A stretch of 64,000 nt of DNA from Lama glama (Eukaryota). The DNA lies in NCBI GenBank assembly GCA_028534125.1, contig CM052816.1:89716001-89780000 (forward strand), read 5' to 3'. The position numbers and the translations under genes were made by a program. Every line of letters begins with the position of its first letter. Position 1 is the first letter of the stretch. The notes under the pieces are model-generated. The model saw nothing but the letters and a program-made list of their open reading frames with translations. It was not told the origin of the DNA and did not search any database. Positions 1 to 11,689 of this stretch are shown one piece after another.

Positions 1-300
1 AAAATCTTTGACAATGATTCACAATTCAGCTTCATTTTTAAGCTTTGGGTAACATTTGGAAGCCTCTAATTCATAATTACAATAGGCATTCCATTCATTT
101 CTGAAAATGTTAGGGCTATTATAGTCCAATTCGGTTTAAAAAAATGAGTTGAACATATCAAAAGTAAACCATAAAAGTCACTTATATATCAGTTAGGTTC
201 ATATGTATATAAGGTAGAACCCAGTTTTTAAAGATAAAATTGACCAGAGCCCTTGTCTATGGGGGTTGCCTTCAAAATATTTTGATAACAAGGATCCCAT
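1..300 (-). pseudogene. gag: Degenerate 5' end of ERV class I gag (matrix region), HERV-I-like; continues off the left edge
   Basis: The minus-strand ATG at 300 gives MGSLLSKYFEG (myristoylation-type MGxxxSK start). Frameshifted downstream pieces read ..NFIFKNW.., WFTFDM.. and RNEWNAYCNYELEA, resembling class I ERV Gag N-termini. It lies downstream of an LTR, PBS and splice donor. Confidence 0.65.
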
Positions 301-868
301 TTCCTAGAGGTTTGTTCTTTAGAGTAAAAGAAGACTTTTCAAACTATTTACAGCTCAAAGAGCGCAAACAATTCAAACATCTCAAACAGCCTACAGGTCT
401 AATACCAGCCAGTTCAAAGGCAACACTTAGGTCCGAGAAGACCTAGGCTGAAAGTTTCTTAGCCAGTTCCAGAGCACAGTCCATATTCCAAAGGGACAGA
501 CTGATGTCTAGACAATAGCACAATTTCAGTGAAACAATCCTTGTCCCCAAAGAAATGAGCCCAAAGCTGCTCAGCCAGATTCAGCGGAAACAGTCTGACC
601 TCAAAATGGGCCCAGTGTGCCGACTGAGTACGTGCATATGGAACAAGGTCACAGAAACAAAAGCTGTAAGCAGATCCTCAATAAAGCCTGGAGAGATTCA
701 AATGCAAAGAGGGTGTATGCTGGGATCCAGGAGAAAGACTTACCTTCAAAATTAGGGTCAGTAAGGAAAGCAGAGAGCGTGGCGGGTTTAATTGTGAGTC
801 CTGCGCCTGTTTGCCTCCAGTCTCGGAGTCTTTAGAGGGCTTCTCTAGTTCTTGAATGGGCCACCAAA
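301..868 (-). mobile_element. ERV class I 5' leader with degenerate tRNA-Ile-like primer-binding site (~849-866) and splice donor (738-747)
   Basis: The minus strand reads TGGTGGCCCATTCAAGAA immediately after the LTR; the tRNA-Ile PBS begins TGGTGGCCCGT. A consensus donor GAAG|GTAAGT lies about 120 nt downstream. Confidence 0.7.
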
Positions 869-869
869 A

Positions 870-1189
870 GGGTGACTTAAAACAAATAGACTGCCAGTTA
901 CATCTTCAACAAGAACGTTGATTTATTCAGGATCAGCAGAGAATTTCAATTTGGGTTCAGCTGCATGCAAGTCTCTGCACAGCAAGGGAAGGAGAACATG
1001 TTTACAGAAGTGGAAGGGAAGTTGGGAGGACTATAGCAGACAAAGAGTCTGCGGTTTTTCATTGGCCAAGTCATTGCCTGGAAAGAAGGGTCTTTCTACT
1101 TCCTGCTTTGCTAGCATTGCAGAGAGTGAGGGGTCCCCCTGCTGGTCTCCCAGCTCTCTTTCATTGAAGTCTCTTTATTAATGTTCACA
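870..1189 (-). mobile_element. ERV1 5' LTR (~320 bp)
   Basis: Starts TGTGAA on the minus strand, has AATAAA on the minus strand (~923-928) and abuts the PBS. Clearly homologous to the solo LTR at 44421-44742 (shared AAACAAATAGACTGCCAG and CAGCAAGGGAAGGAGAAC). Confidence 0.8.
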
Positions 1190-3369
1190 AAAGTATCTAT
1201 ATGTTATTTTAATTTTTCACTTTATTTAACTTTTTAAATTAAATTACTGTTTACTGATTCTAAATAAGAGAGATTTTACTGGGTAGGATCACAGTTCATC
1301 GTTTTTCCTGATTATTTACCATTAACAATTCTTTCTTTCGGGTCTTAAGACTCTGTTTATTTCTAGTGTCCCATTTAATCTGTGAAATTTCTGTGGGTAT
1401 GAGGCTCTGAAGTAGTACCAACTAACATCTTAAGCCTGCCAAAACTGACTTCCAGCTAGATAGCTAGACCCCAGAAAGATGGGCCGTGCTGCAGATACCT
1501 GGAATGAGGTAGGAAAACAAATATGTATAGTATAGCAGTTTTGCCCAAAGCCTAGGGTTTAAAAAGCAAAACACTTGTGTTTAAGAAAAATATGTTAAGA
1601 CATTATTGGAATTAGAGGGATGTTTTATTTCTGACATTAGTTATGTATATGTCAGGTTTAAAAAAAAAAATGAGGAGGAGAAAAAAAAAAAAGCTGGAGG
1701 ACAAAATAGCAATTGAGCCAGGAAGAGTCAGGTCCAATTACATTATGTAACCTAACATCTAACTTTGTATGTCAGCTCAGTGCTTGAGGGGACCAAGTTC
1801 ACTAAGATGTTCCCTCCTGCTCAGGCAAAAGGCATTGGCAAAAAGCAATTCCAGGGAAGTTATAAAGTATTTGAATAGCTGAAAATCATTTGTTGGCCAG
1901 AAAAATTATTTCCTATTGATTTCCAAAAAAACAGAATTTCTAAATTAAACTAGGCACCTCAGGCTTATTCATTATAGTTTTCTATAGTCTTCAAAGTTAA
2001 AAAATAAAGCTTCTCTGAAGGTTAATTAACATGTACAACTTTGTCATATCTCCCGCCTCAAGAACCTAATTGTAGGAAACTTTACATGCCATCTTATTTA
2101 AGGTTTATCATTTAGGATATTAATTTTTCAAGGTCTTATTCTTGACAAGACAAGCATGTAAAATAAACAAGCTTTTATGGAAATACAACACTTGAAAAAT
2201 ATCACATTATATCTAGAAGTAAACCACATTATGCAAACAGTAACATGTCATCAAGAAAACAGAAGGAAGATTCAAATAAATTTATAAATGGAATGAATTT
2301 ACATTCCATATTAAGGACAGTTGCACTGTTCCATAAAAACAAGATTTTCATTTAGAAACATTATAAATTTATTAAGGATAAAATTCTAATACTATTGGTG
2401 AATAATCAGGAAGTGAATCTGAGAGGAGAAACAGGTTTTAAATATCTGCATGAATTCTGACGCACTATTAGGAAAACAGAAACCAAGTAGAATTCTATGA
2501 CTCTGGGTTTACAGGAGACTGAGTATTTTGAAGCATTCATAACTCTAGCGTGATGTATCCTTTGTTAGCAAATGAAACAATGAGGAAAGAGCAGCAGTAA
2601 CAATAGCAACAATAAAATCTCTCATTAAAAATGTGCACTTGTTGAGCCCCCAAACTTTGGGATGGATAAAATATTTAAGATGTATACTTATGTATATATG
2701 TGACTATTACATTTTCAGCTTGCCTGTGGAGCCTCTAAAAGACCTATATTTTTTAACATGGAAGATAAACACCCTTAGAGAACTCATAGAGAAGGAGGAG
2801 AGTATGAATAATATAAACAGTAAAGACAGTGGAGAGCAGCAGTGATCAGCTTCAGAGAAACAATGATAGCCAGAGCTTCAGGCTGTGATTGTGGGAATGA
2901 CTAGAAAATAAAGCTTAGACTTTCTGAAAGCAGCTTTAGCTGAAAATAAAACCATAACTCGATTCAAAAATCTAGATAACACACATGTCCCTTGTCTTTT
3001 GTTCTCCACCCTTAAAGTAAATAGTCTTAGGTGCAATTTACAATTGCAATTCTCTCACCAAAATAGTAACATACTTTAAAAAGTTTCCTGAATATCTCCA
3101 GTCTGGGTTCCTTGATTTTCTCCTAGAAATATCTGATGTGCAGGGTAGAGATGGATAAAGGTAGAATATGCATGGTTCACTTAAAACTTTTATTCACAAT
3201 GAAATAAAGTCTTTTGTACGGTAAGTAACCCAACAATAGCTAAATTAAATTAAATTAAATCAATTTTCACCTATGGAAGATGGATATATACACACATAGA
3301 GGTTGACATATTTACATATGTGTATAAAGAGATAGATAAATATAGATTTATAGATATATTCGTATTGTT

Positions 3370-3873
3370 GGTTACTGAGTCCAAGCTCACACTGCTCACT
3401 GAACAATAGGTCAGTAAATCAAAAGACAATTTGCTGGGCGAAGAATAATGACTTTATTCAGAAAGCCAGAAGACTGAGAAGATGGTCAGTGAGTGTCCCA
3501 AAGAACCAACTTCCCTAAGTTAAAATACAGGCTTCTTTTATACTAAAAGGGGAGGGAGTGTGGTTGGTTGTTGGCAAACTTTTTGGTGTGAGAATTCTTT
3601 GTTCTTGCAGTTGTCCACATAGGTCAGGTCATGATGTTTCTGTAAACCTCCAACGAAACAAATGTTATTCCCTGTTCTGCAAATCTGTATCTCTATATGA
3701 ATGAAAAAGTGTTATCCTGTTAAAGGTCAGAGTCCTGAGAATGGGCTATCCTGTATATTTCAAGCTATAGGCAACATTCCTAACTTGTAGCAAAAGCAAT
3801 AGAATGCAAAGGTTACAGTAAAAGAAACAGATCCAATGTGGAGTGAGATTTGTTCTTTCCCATTGCGTTTACA
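3370..3873 (-). mobile_element. ERV1 solo LTR (cetartiodactyl type)
   Basis: Ends GTTAC...TTTACA. On the minus strand a TATAAAA box (~3537-3543) lies upstream of AATAAA (~3453-3458). Resembles artiodactyl ERV1 LTR consensus as recalled. Confidence 0.75.
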
Positions 3874-4263
3874 AATCTGCAGGGTCTGTGCTATGTATTT
3901 GCCAGTGTGTGTTTGTGTGTTACTTTTTAACCTGATATGAATAGGTCTTTGCATTTTTAGTATTAGTGCTTATCAGTACTTGTACGTGAAGAATATATGT
4001 AAAGATCTTATTTCTGTAATTATTACACACACAATCATATGTTGAGATAAAATACTAGGTTATAATTTTCTTTATACTTTCATTTCTATGTAGCTCTGCG
4101 CTTCCTTTTTCTTAACCAATGTATAACTTCCCCTTCTTTTTAAAATTGTTCTCCAGTACTCTCATTTACTTTATTCAAGAAAGGTGTCCTTAAGTCATTC
4201 TTCACAGGAAATTTAGGGGGGAAAAGATGAAGAAAAAGGAGATTTATCGATCTAATATTTTCA

Positions 4264-4778
4264 TGTGGAAATACTTAGCAATTCTCCCTGGCCCTTCCAC
4301 ATTTCCCCATGCCTTCCAACCAGATGTATGGGCTGCCTTTTGTCTTGTGCTCTTTTCAGATATATCTGAGTGGTGAATAACCTTCGCAGGTAAAGATAAT
4401 GTCCTCTTCTGGAGCAGAAAACAGGCATACTACTAAAATAAAGACAATACCTTCCTCTGGAGCAAAAGCAAGCAAGCTTACTCCCAAAATAAAACATTTT
4501 GGCACCCTAAACTCAGCATTTCCCTCCTGTAATTCATGACACTGCATGGACAGGTGCCATCTGGACTTCTTTACATAGTCCTATGGGAATTCACACTTAG
4601 GGAACTGGCACGGAAATGGTGATAACTCTGACTACTGTCACTACTGTGAATGGTAAATAGTCCCTCATGTCTCTTTCAGAAGTTCTGTGTTTTATATAAG
4701 CATCTGTGAAATTGGCACCCCTGAAGCTTGACAGATTCCAAGTGGGGTACAATTTCAGGCATCTCATAGTTCTTGGCA
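4264..4778 (+). mobile_element. ERVL-class solo LTR (MER76/MER77-like)
   Basis: TG...CA ends, internal direct repeat (CTGGAGCA-containing unit twice), characteristic 3' end ..CAAGTGGGGTACAATTTCAGG..AGTTCTTGGCA, near-TSD TTTCA/TTTCC. Confidence 0.7.
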
Positions 4779-6084
4779 TTTCCCAGTGCGTGGAGTCCAT
4801 TGCCTTAACGAGGCTCGTAACGTCTTGTGCGATGTAGTTCCTGGTTGCTTGCTTATCTGGCCTGACCCTTTGTTCTGGGTGCCCTCCCCGAACTGGCCTC
4901 ACTATAGTTACTCCTTGTACGTCTATATTCCTGCTACTCTGTCCTTCATTTTGTCTCTTCTTATATATTATTTCCTTTTTCTTATAAGCTCTGCCTTATA
5001 TTGTACTTAAATACCAATGAGAATTTCCTTTGATAGATTCATCTTTTAGATTTTTCAACATATTGGCCATTTGACACGCTCTTTGGTCAATAAGCATTTT
5101 TGAGCACCTTCCCTGTATTTTGGAAAATTTCCTCTTATGAGTGCATAATTTTGCATGACCAGGGCCTGTAATTCATTTTTTCCCCAGCCTCTTGTGTAAC
5201 TATGCCAGTCAGATATACCTAATTTAGAAGTTAGCAAACCTGTAAAATAGGCCGTATAGAGATTTTATCCTGATGGGGTAGCAGGAGGGTTATTCAGCTT
5301 TCAGAGTCAGCAGTGGCAGGATCCAGAGTCCAGTATGAGTAATGGTGTTTTAACATCCATGCTCCCTGACAACAGAAATGTGTCACCAGCTGAACAGCCC
5401 ATGGTGTAATTTGGGGTGTGTAATTTTTTTTAAACTCTCTAGCATTCAACTTTTACTTTCAAGACAATGTAGACATTCACTAAATACGGACATTTAAAAA
5501 TAAATTTTTGTTTAATTTGTATGGGATAATTTATATTGTTTTCAGTAAAGAACAGTGACTGATAAGTAAACTAGTACCAAGAATGCTGCAGGTAAAAGAC
5601 ACCCCTCCCCCCCCAAAAAAAAGCAAATGGAGAATTGGTTTTTGGACCTGCTTGGTTGTGATGCAAAGAAAATCATGCTTTCATTACAGAAGAGCACATT
5701 ATGGACCCATCTCATACAGAATTAAGCAGTTACATTATCACATACAGCATTTAGAAAGATGCGCAAAATAAAGGCAAGATTTTGGGAACATAATATCAAT
5801 CAATAAGGAATAGTATCAAGGATATAAAGTATTAAAAACTACAGAGTTGATTTGGTCCTTTCTAAGTATACAGATAAGTTAAATAATGAGAAAGAAAAGT
5901 CCTGAATTCTCATATGAAAATAAAGTCAAAGGCAAAGAGCCTATCTCTCTCCTGAACGAATCTTCCGTCTCCCAGATATAGTGTTCAAAAGCCAAAATTC
6001 ACGTTGTGGACTTGCTTTTTTGGGCTGCCAAATTAAGTCAGTTTCTTTCCCAGTCTCATTGGAGTTACTCCATGAAAGGTAAGT

Positions 6085-6714
6085 TGTGGGTTCGTCACCA
6101 GTTGTGGGTTCTGGCCAGCAGAATTCCCACCGACACTAAATGAATCACTCAAGACTGTGGAAAAGTCATGAGAGCGAGAGGGAGCCGGGAGCCAACTCAA
6201 CGAACCTCTCAAATGCTCCCATATTTATTGTGTACAATCAAAGGAGGAATGCAGGAACTTAGGGAAGGACAGGGTGGGATCACAACGAGTACAAGGGCTT
6301 TGTTTATTGTTGGTGTTTGGCTCAAGGTCAGAAGACCCTTTTTGGTGAATCAAGTTGGTGTTGAGCCTTTCAGCTTATCAGGGAGGAAGTACGAAAATCA
6401 GCTGCTTAGCAACTTGGACTCAGGCGGCTGTGCCTGTCTTAGGTTGCTCCCCTCAGGGGATCTTACCCGTCCTTGGCTAACCAGCCTTCTCACCTCTGAG
6501 TCTGCAGCTTTTTATAAGTTGTTTACCATCCAGCCCAAGGCTGTTTTGGGGATGGAAGACTATCTAACAGCAGGCACACCCAGCGTTTATAGCCGGGGGC
6601 CTGGTTGCTAAAACCTCAACTATGCAAACAAGGCGGTTACTAAGCACATCTTCTTCAAGGAGATAAGCGGCTGGGGTCTGTTACAATGTGTTAACCCAAT
6701 CATGGGCTCCCACA
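6085..6714 (-). mobile_element. Young class II (ERVK/betaretrovirus-like) solo LTR, 630 bp
   Basis: Terminal inverted repeats TGTGGG...CCCACA, perfect 6-bp TSD GTAAGT (6079-6084 and 6715-6720), AATAAA on the minus strand at 6224-6229, and GC/CpG content above the flanks. Confidence 0.9.
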
Positions 6715-7106
6715 GTAAGTCATTTATCAGTAAAGATGAGACTTGAACAGTGAACAGGGGTCATAGGCAAAAGATTTATGAGAATTGAGTCCAGGAACCC
6801 AGCTGATCATATTTTGTCAGCCAGAGTAGTTCTGTGTGTTCATCCTTTTAGCCATTTGACAAAGCCATGTCTGCATTGCTTTAGAATGCTGAACTCACCA
6901 CACCCTAGGCGGCTGTCCTCGCAAGGAGAATCCAAAGATCTTAATTTCACCTCCCCCTAATGTCTCATTTTCTCTAAACCTATAATAAGAGCAAGACCAG
7001 AACTTACCCGTGGGGACTAATTGTAATTGCAAAGTCAAACTCAGGAAAAGACAGCTTATTCACAAAAAGAATAATTGAGAGATTTCCTTATCTATATTTA
7101 TATGTA

Positions 7107-7130
7107 TGTGTGTGTGTGTGTGTGTGTGTG
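7107..7130. repeat. (TG)12 microsatellite
   Basis: Read directly from the sequence. Confidence 0.95.
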
Positions 7131-7229
7131 TTTGCTAAAAACATACCATGAACTGCATGTGTGACATGTATTAATTTCCAGTAAACATAATCAGAAAGAA
7201 AACCTTAATTTTAGATTAGTTAGACTAAA

Positions 7230-8760
7230 TATTGATTTTAATGCTGCAGCAGACACCCGAGGTTGATGAATAAAATCTGCACACTTCTCAGAAATGTTGT
7301 CCTTGGGCAATTCAAGCCATGCTGTCTAGAGTCCTTTGGGAGTTAGAATCCTTCATCTCTCAGGCCTTAGCCAATGACATACTGTGAGCTGGATAGAAAG
7401 TTCTGGCCCCCTGATGGAGTAGGGAGCATTTTAGCATTACAGTATTCTTGAGGGCACTCGGATAACTTCTCCAAGATAAAGTAACTGTTATTAAATGCCT
7501 TACCACTAAAAAGTAAGAACACACATCTCAACTTCTGTAGTTTGGAGATAGTATAATTCTACCTTTGGAAATACTCTCGTATTCTTTTATTAAGTGATGT
7601 GAATGTCTGTAGATTTCCAGTGGAATCCAATCAAGTACAAGCAAAATGTCACTTTAGCCATATGATTTATCAGATACTATAGTAATGGAAGTATCCACGG
7701 TAGATAAACTTTTTGTGTAGTGTCTCTGGCAAGCCAAAAAAAAAAAAAGAATTTTATTGCTAAGCTGTAGGATTCTGTAACCATTTGCAACAGATAATGA
7801 TACAATATTCAAAAGCAGCTCCTGTCATGTTAGTAAGGCTTGGTAGAGACTGAGCTCCTGGCCACGGTTTGCAAATGACCTTGCAAGTCAAGCTTCCCCT
7901 CATTTGCTACATCTTTTCAGAGTCACTACATCATTGAGCTGTTGAGTTGGCGTGGCAGTATCCATCATAAGATGAAAGTCACACATTTGGTACCCGGCAT
8001 GTGTAAGCTGTATAAACAGGTAGTTCCAATACTCACTCGTCACTGTTGTACCAACACTGTTGTCATACGTATAGCCTCATGAAATATTTCTTACATAAGC
8101 TGAGTGTAGAACGAACATCTTAGTCTTGGTCTGTAAATGCATTAACTTGGCAGGTTGTTGTGGGCTGAAAAGGATCCACTGCTATGCTGCTGATAGACAT
8201 GGATGTGGTCTGAAGAGCCACTGGAGGTAGGTTGTTCTCTAGTGCTTGGTGCTTTGGCACTATACCTGGTCGCTTACTTGCTGTGGAGAGAAAGCGTCCT
8301 GAGTATAGGATGCACAGTGGATTCACGTGAATTTACATATGGCTTCACTGGTCAAGAACCCGGGAGAAGTCAGATTTACAATTGTAGACCAGATGTTCGG
8401 GAAATAATGATAAAGACAGACTAATGAAATTGTACCTGTTTTTGTGTTGCCCATTAATACATGCCAGAAAGCATTCACTATAGAAAAAGCACAAAAACAA
8501 AGCAAAACAAACAAACAAAAACCCCAGGAAAGCAAATGGACAGAATGTTTTGGCCAAGGCTTACAGGTCTCTTCCCTTGGTCACCTGACAGACTGTGCAA
8601 TAAGGTACACAGGTGGCCAAGGTCAAGTCAACGCCAACGCCCATCAGTGTGCTGATCAATAAGGCTGATCCAGCTACTAGTTCTCTTGAATGTCTGAACT
8701 GCCAGTAACCGTAGAACTGAGCCCCGTAATCTCTACATTTGCACAGATGTACAAGACGCT
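7230..8760 (+). mobile_element. Highly degraded ERVL internal sequence (pol: RT end/tether/RNase H to integrase zinc finger)
   Basis: Patches align by eye to ERV-L pol, e.g. AAAGCAGCTCCTGTCATGTTAGTAAGGCTTGGTAGAGACTGAG, GCAGTATCCATCATAAGATGAAAG and AAGGCTGATCCAGCTACT..GAATGTCTGAACTGCCAG. No ORF remains. Confidence 0.65.
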
Positions 8761-8779
8761 CGTCAGTAAGTTACGTATA

Positions 8780-8945
8780 TAACTGTTCTAAATTTTATGT
8801 GAGACTACATTTTTATAGCTTCTTCCCCTTTCTTATCCTGCTTCCTTCACTTCGTTACCAATTTTTGCTGTAACATTCCATTAATAAATCGAATATTTAT
8901 AAGTTCCCATCTCAGAATCTGCTTCTAGAGACTTTGGCTAACACA
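8780..8945 (+). mobile_element. LTR16-like (ERVL) LTR 3' end
   Basis: CCTGCTTCCTTCACTTC..TTAATAAATC..CCCATCTCAGAATCTGCTTCTAGAG..AACACA matches the LTR16-family 3' terminus. Confidence 0.65.
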
Positions 8946-8999
8946 AGCACACTTACCAAAGATTGTGATTGCAATCCGCTAGTTCAATACACAGACAGA

Positions 9000-9812
9000 T
9001 GTTCTAATTGTTTGCTTGGTTGATTAACTGAAATCTCTACGCAACTGTGGCCTCCTATAAATGAAGCTGAAAGACAGAAATTACTTGCTGAGAGGAGAAT
9101 GAAGCATCTAAAGACTTAGGGAAATAGTAATATTACCTAACCCCTTAATGCATCTCTTAAACAGGCCCAGAAGGTACCATTTTAACCTTACAGTTGATAA
9201 ATTTATTGGCCAGAGGCGTGACAGCATCTTTGTAATGTGCCACCATGGTTGTTCTCTGTAGGTAAAATATATTGCAGTTGAAACAAGATTTCTTATTTCT
9301 GTAAAGATAAGGGATTTGGGGGCTGCTGAGGCCAGGTGACAGCTGTTAGCCTTCAGAAACAAGGTGAACATGATGTCTGTATTCAGGTTGACCACTGCTG
9401 AGCTCTTTGGTGGTGGATAATCCATCGTTAGGTCCCTAGTTTATAAATGAAGCAACCCGCAAGATATTACTTGATCTGTTTAATAAGGAAACAACACTGG
9501 CATAGATTTAATTTGCCTTGAAAAAGACAATGACCTCTCACTTTCCAGACCCAGCTCGATTCTCAGACTCTGAGTCATTGGAAGAAAGGGAGAACTGGGA
9601 ATCTTTGAGAAAATATCTTCCAACAACATTAAAACTATGCACTGAATATCTTATTAATAGATAATATGCATTCAGAATATTCCTGAGGGAAACAATTCAC
9701 TGCAGAAAGAAGATATCCAGATCCTATGGAGATGACTGTGTAAAAACCATGAGATACGCTCATCCCTTGAGACACAATACCGCAGTAGTTGAAAAGGAAG
9801 GAACAGCGTGTC
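9000..9812 (+). mobile_element. Degraded ERVL gag 3' half and start of protease
   Basis: Matches ERV-L gag patches: TTGCTTGGTTG..TGGCCTCCTATAAATGAAGCTGAAA, GGCCAGGTGACAGC..AGAAACAAGGTG and TTTCCAGACCCAGCTCGATTCTCAGAC. Confidence 0.65.
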
Positions 9813-11680
9813 AGAGTAAGAACTTCCCCCTTATCAAGGGTATGTTGAGAATACTGTCCATTAACCCACCTCTGCAGTGGCTCAAACTCCCACCTTGAAT
9901 CAGTGACCTGCCTAGTTAACAGCAGGAGAGCACCCTGTCTGCCAGCCCACTGTCTCTAGAAATATGGCTGCAACCAGGCCTCTTAGAATGTGTAGACCCT
10001 CCCAGTTCCCCCACCTCCGCTCCTTTGGCAGCCCCTGCGGCCTGGAGGGAGGGAGTGGGAGAAAGTTTTCACGGATGCCTGGTGTGCAGATGCGCCTGGC
10101 CCAACCACATGAACTGCAATCATTATTCAGCCCAACACTGCTGCCGTCTGGATGGAAACAGGAAGAAGCCACAGCAGCCCGTGGGCTAAAGCCCAGAGAC
10201 TTTGGTCGGTGAGAACTCATGAGCCCCGACCATTAACCCTTTGCACTGACAGCTGGGCTGCTCTAATGTGATTAACCCCGTGGCTTGGAAAATGGGAAAC
10301 CGAGGAGTGGATGATTACAAATAAGCCCTCGTGGGGTTGGGCTGTGTGGAAAGACCCTACATTTGGGCGTTCCTGTAAGAGCTTGAGGCAGTCCTCACTG
10401 CCTTCCACATCCTGGCTCATAAGGCACTGACACCCCCAGATAAATAGGAAGCTGATGCCATATGGCATTGCTTGGGGATGAGCCCCGGCAACTGACCCTT
10501 CAGTGGGTACAACAGATTAGGTGCGCAGGAAGAGCAGTCTTCATAGTCCCTCAGTGGGATGATGTATTGCTAAGGATGTAGGATCGCTCTTGAAATAGAG
10601 TGATTCTGTTAATGCAGCTACAGCATGTCCAAGGCGAACACCAGTGAGGCCATCCACTGAAGTTCTCAATCAGTGAGGGACTGGCAAATGGGTTACACTG
10701 GCCCTCTCCCTCCAAATGAGGGTTGTAAATATGCCTAAATATGCCTTGGTTTGTGTGGACATCATGTCTGGTTTAACCCAAGTTTTCCCCTGTCACTAAG
10801 CAAACCAGGCTGTTGCCATTATGGGATTACAGAAACTGAGTACCATATATGAATACACTCATCAAATAGCAGTAATTGGAGGGTGGTCGTATTTCAAAGT
10901 TCATGATGTACCAGATTAGGCAAAAGATCATGACGTTGAAAGAAAGGAAAAATGGAATATTAAAGCAGCAGATTAAATTACTAACAGATAAAATCTCCTT
11001 GGCCAGGTAAATTAATGTACTTCTCCCAGACTTTAATACATTCGAACAAACAATCAATAGGGCCTCTGGCCCCATATGCCAGACTAGGGATCCGTGATAA
11101 AGCACCTAACACTGGAAAGGAATGGAAGTCATGGGAGACAGCCATTGCCTCAACTGTCGCCATGGATCTTGGTGCTGTGCTGCCTGCTGAGAACACCACG
11201 CCCCAACATGCCTGGGAAAGGTGCTATCTACTGAATTTACAATGAGACGCCCCATTGGGATGGGTGAACCTCTTTCCTCCGCTGTGTGAGGGAGAGCTAC
11301 TCAGTCTCCATTGGGATCCTGTTGTCCTGATGCAATCAGAACCTGCTGAAACTCACTATACCTTGAATGAGACATGTGCCACTGAGAGAGGGGCAAGGGA
11401 GAGGTCCTGGCCTGACATCGGCCTCCCCTCTTCCACCTGGATGCTGAGGTGCTTATTAAAGGCGTTATTTTCTTGTCTGTGTAATTTACATATTTATGTA
11501 TTCTCTTGATTTCTCTTTTTTTGGGGGGCACAATATAAGCATGCCCTCATATTCTCAGGAATGGTTAACTCTTCGTTCACTAAGAACACTCTCTCTTTGT
11601 TGTTCTCATGGCTTTGTTGTCATTGCTGCAGTCTTGTGTCTGTTTAGGTGAGATGTTATGCAAGCTGAGGGGTGGAGAGG
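9813..11680 (+). pseudogene. pol: Class III ERV (HERV-S/HERVL74-like) pol remnant: tether, RNase H, integrase, ending in a polypurine tract
   Basis: My translation gives RNase H motifs (DAWCAD..., ETGRSHSSPWA, LTLCTDSWA, KPSWGWAVWKD, FHILAH..EADA) and integrase motifs (WQMGYTGPLP..KYALVCVDIMSGL, ERKNGILKQQIKLL). It carries several stops and a 10-bp tandem duplication TAAATATGCC at 10726-10745. PPT-like GAGGGGTGGAG at ~11667-11677. Confidence 0.85.
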
Positions 11681-11689
11681 GTTGGATAA

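Noticed and set aside
6168..6611. 147-aa ORF within the class II LTR (possible sag-like or accessory gene)
   Set aside because: Antisense to the inferred LTR orientation, with no recognisable motif. ORFs of this length are plausible by chance in GC-balanced sequence.
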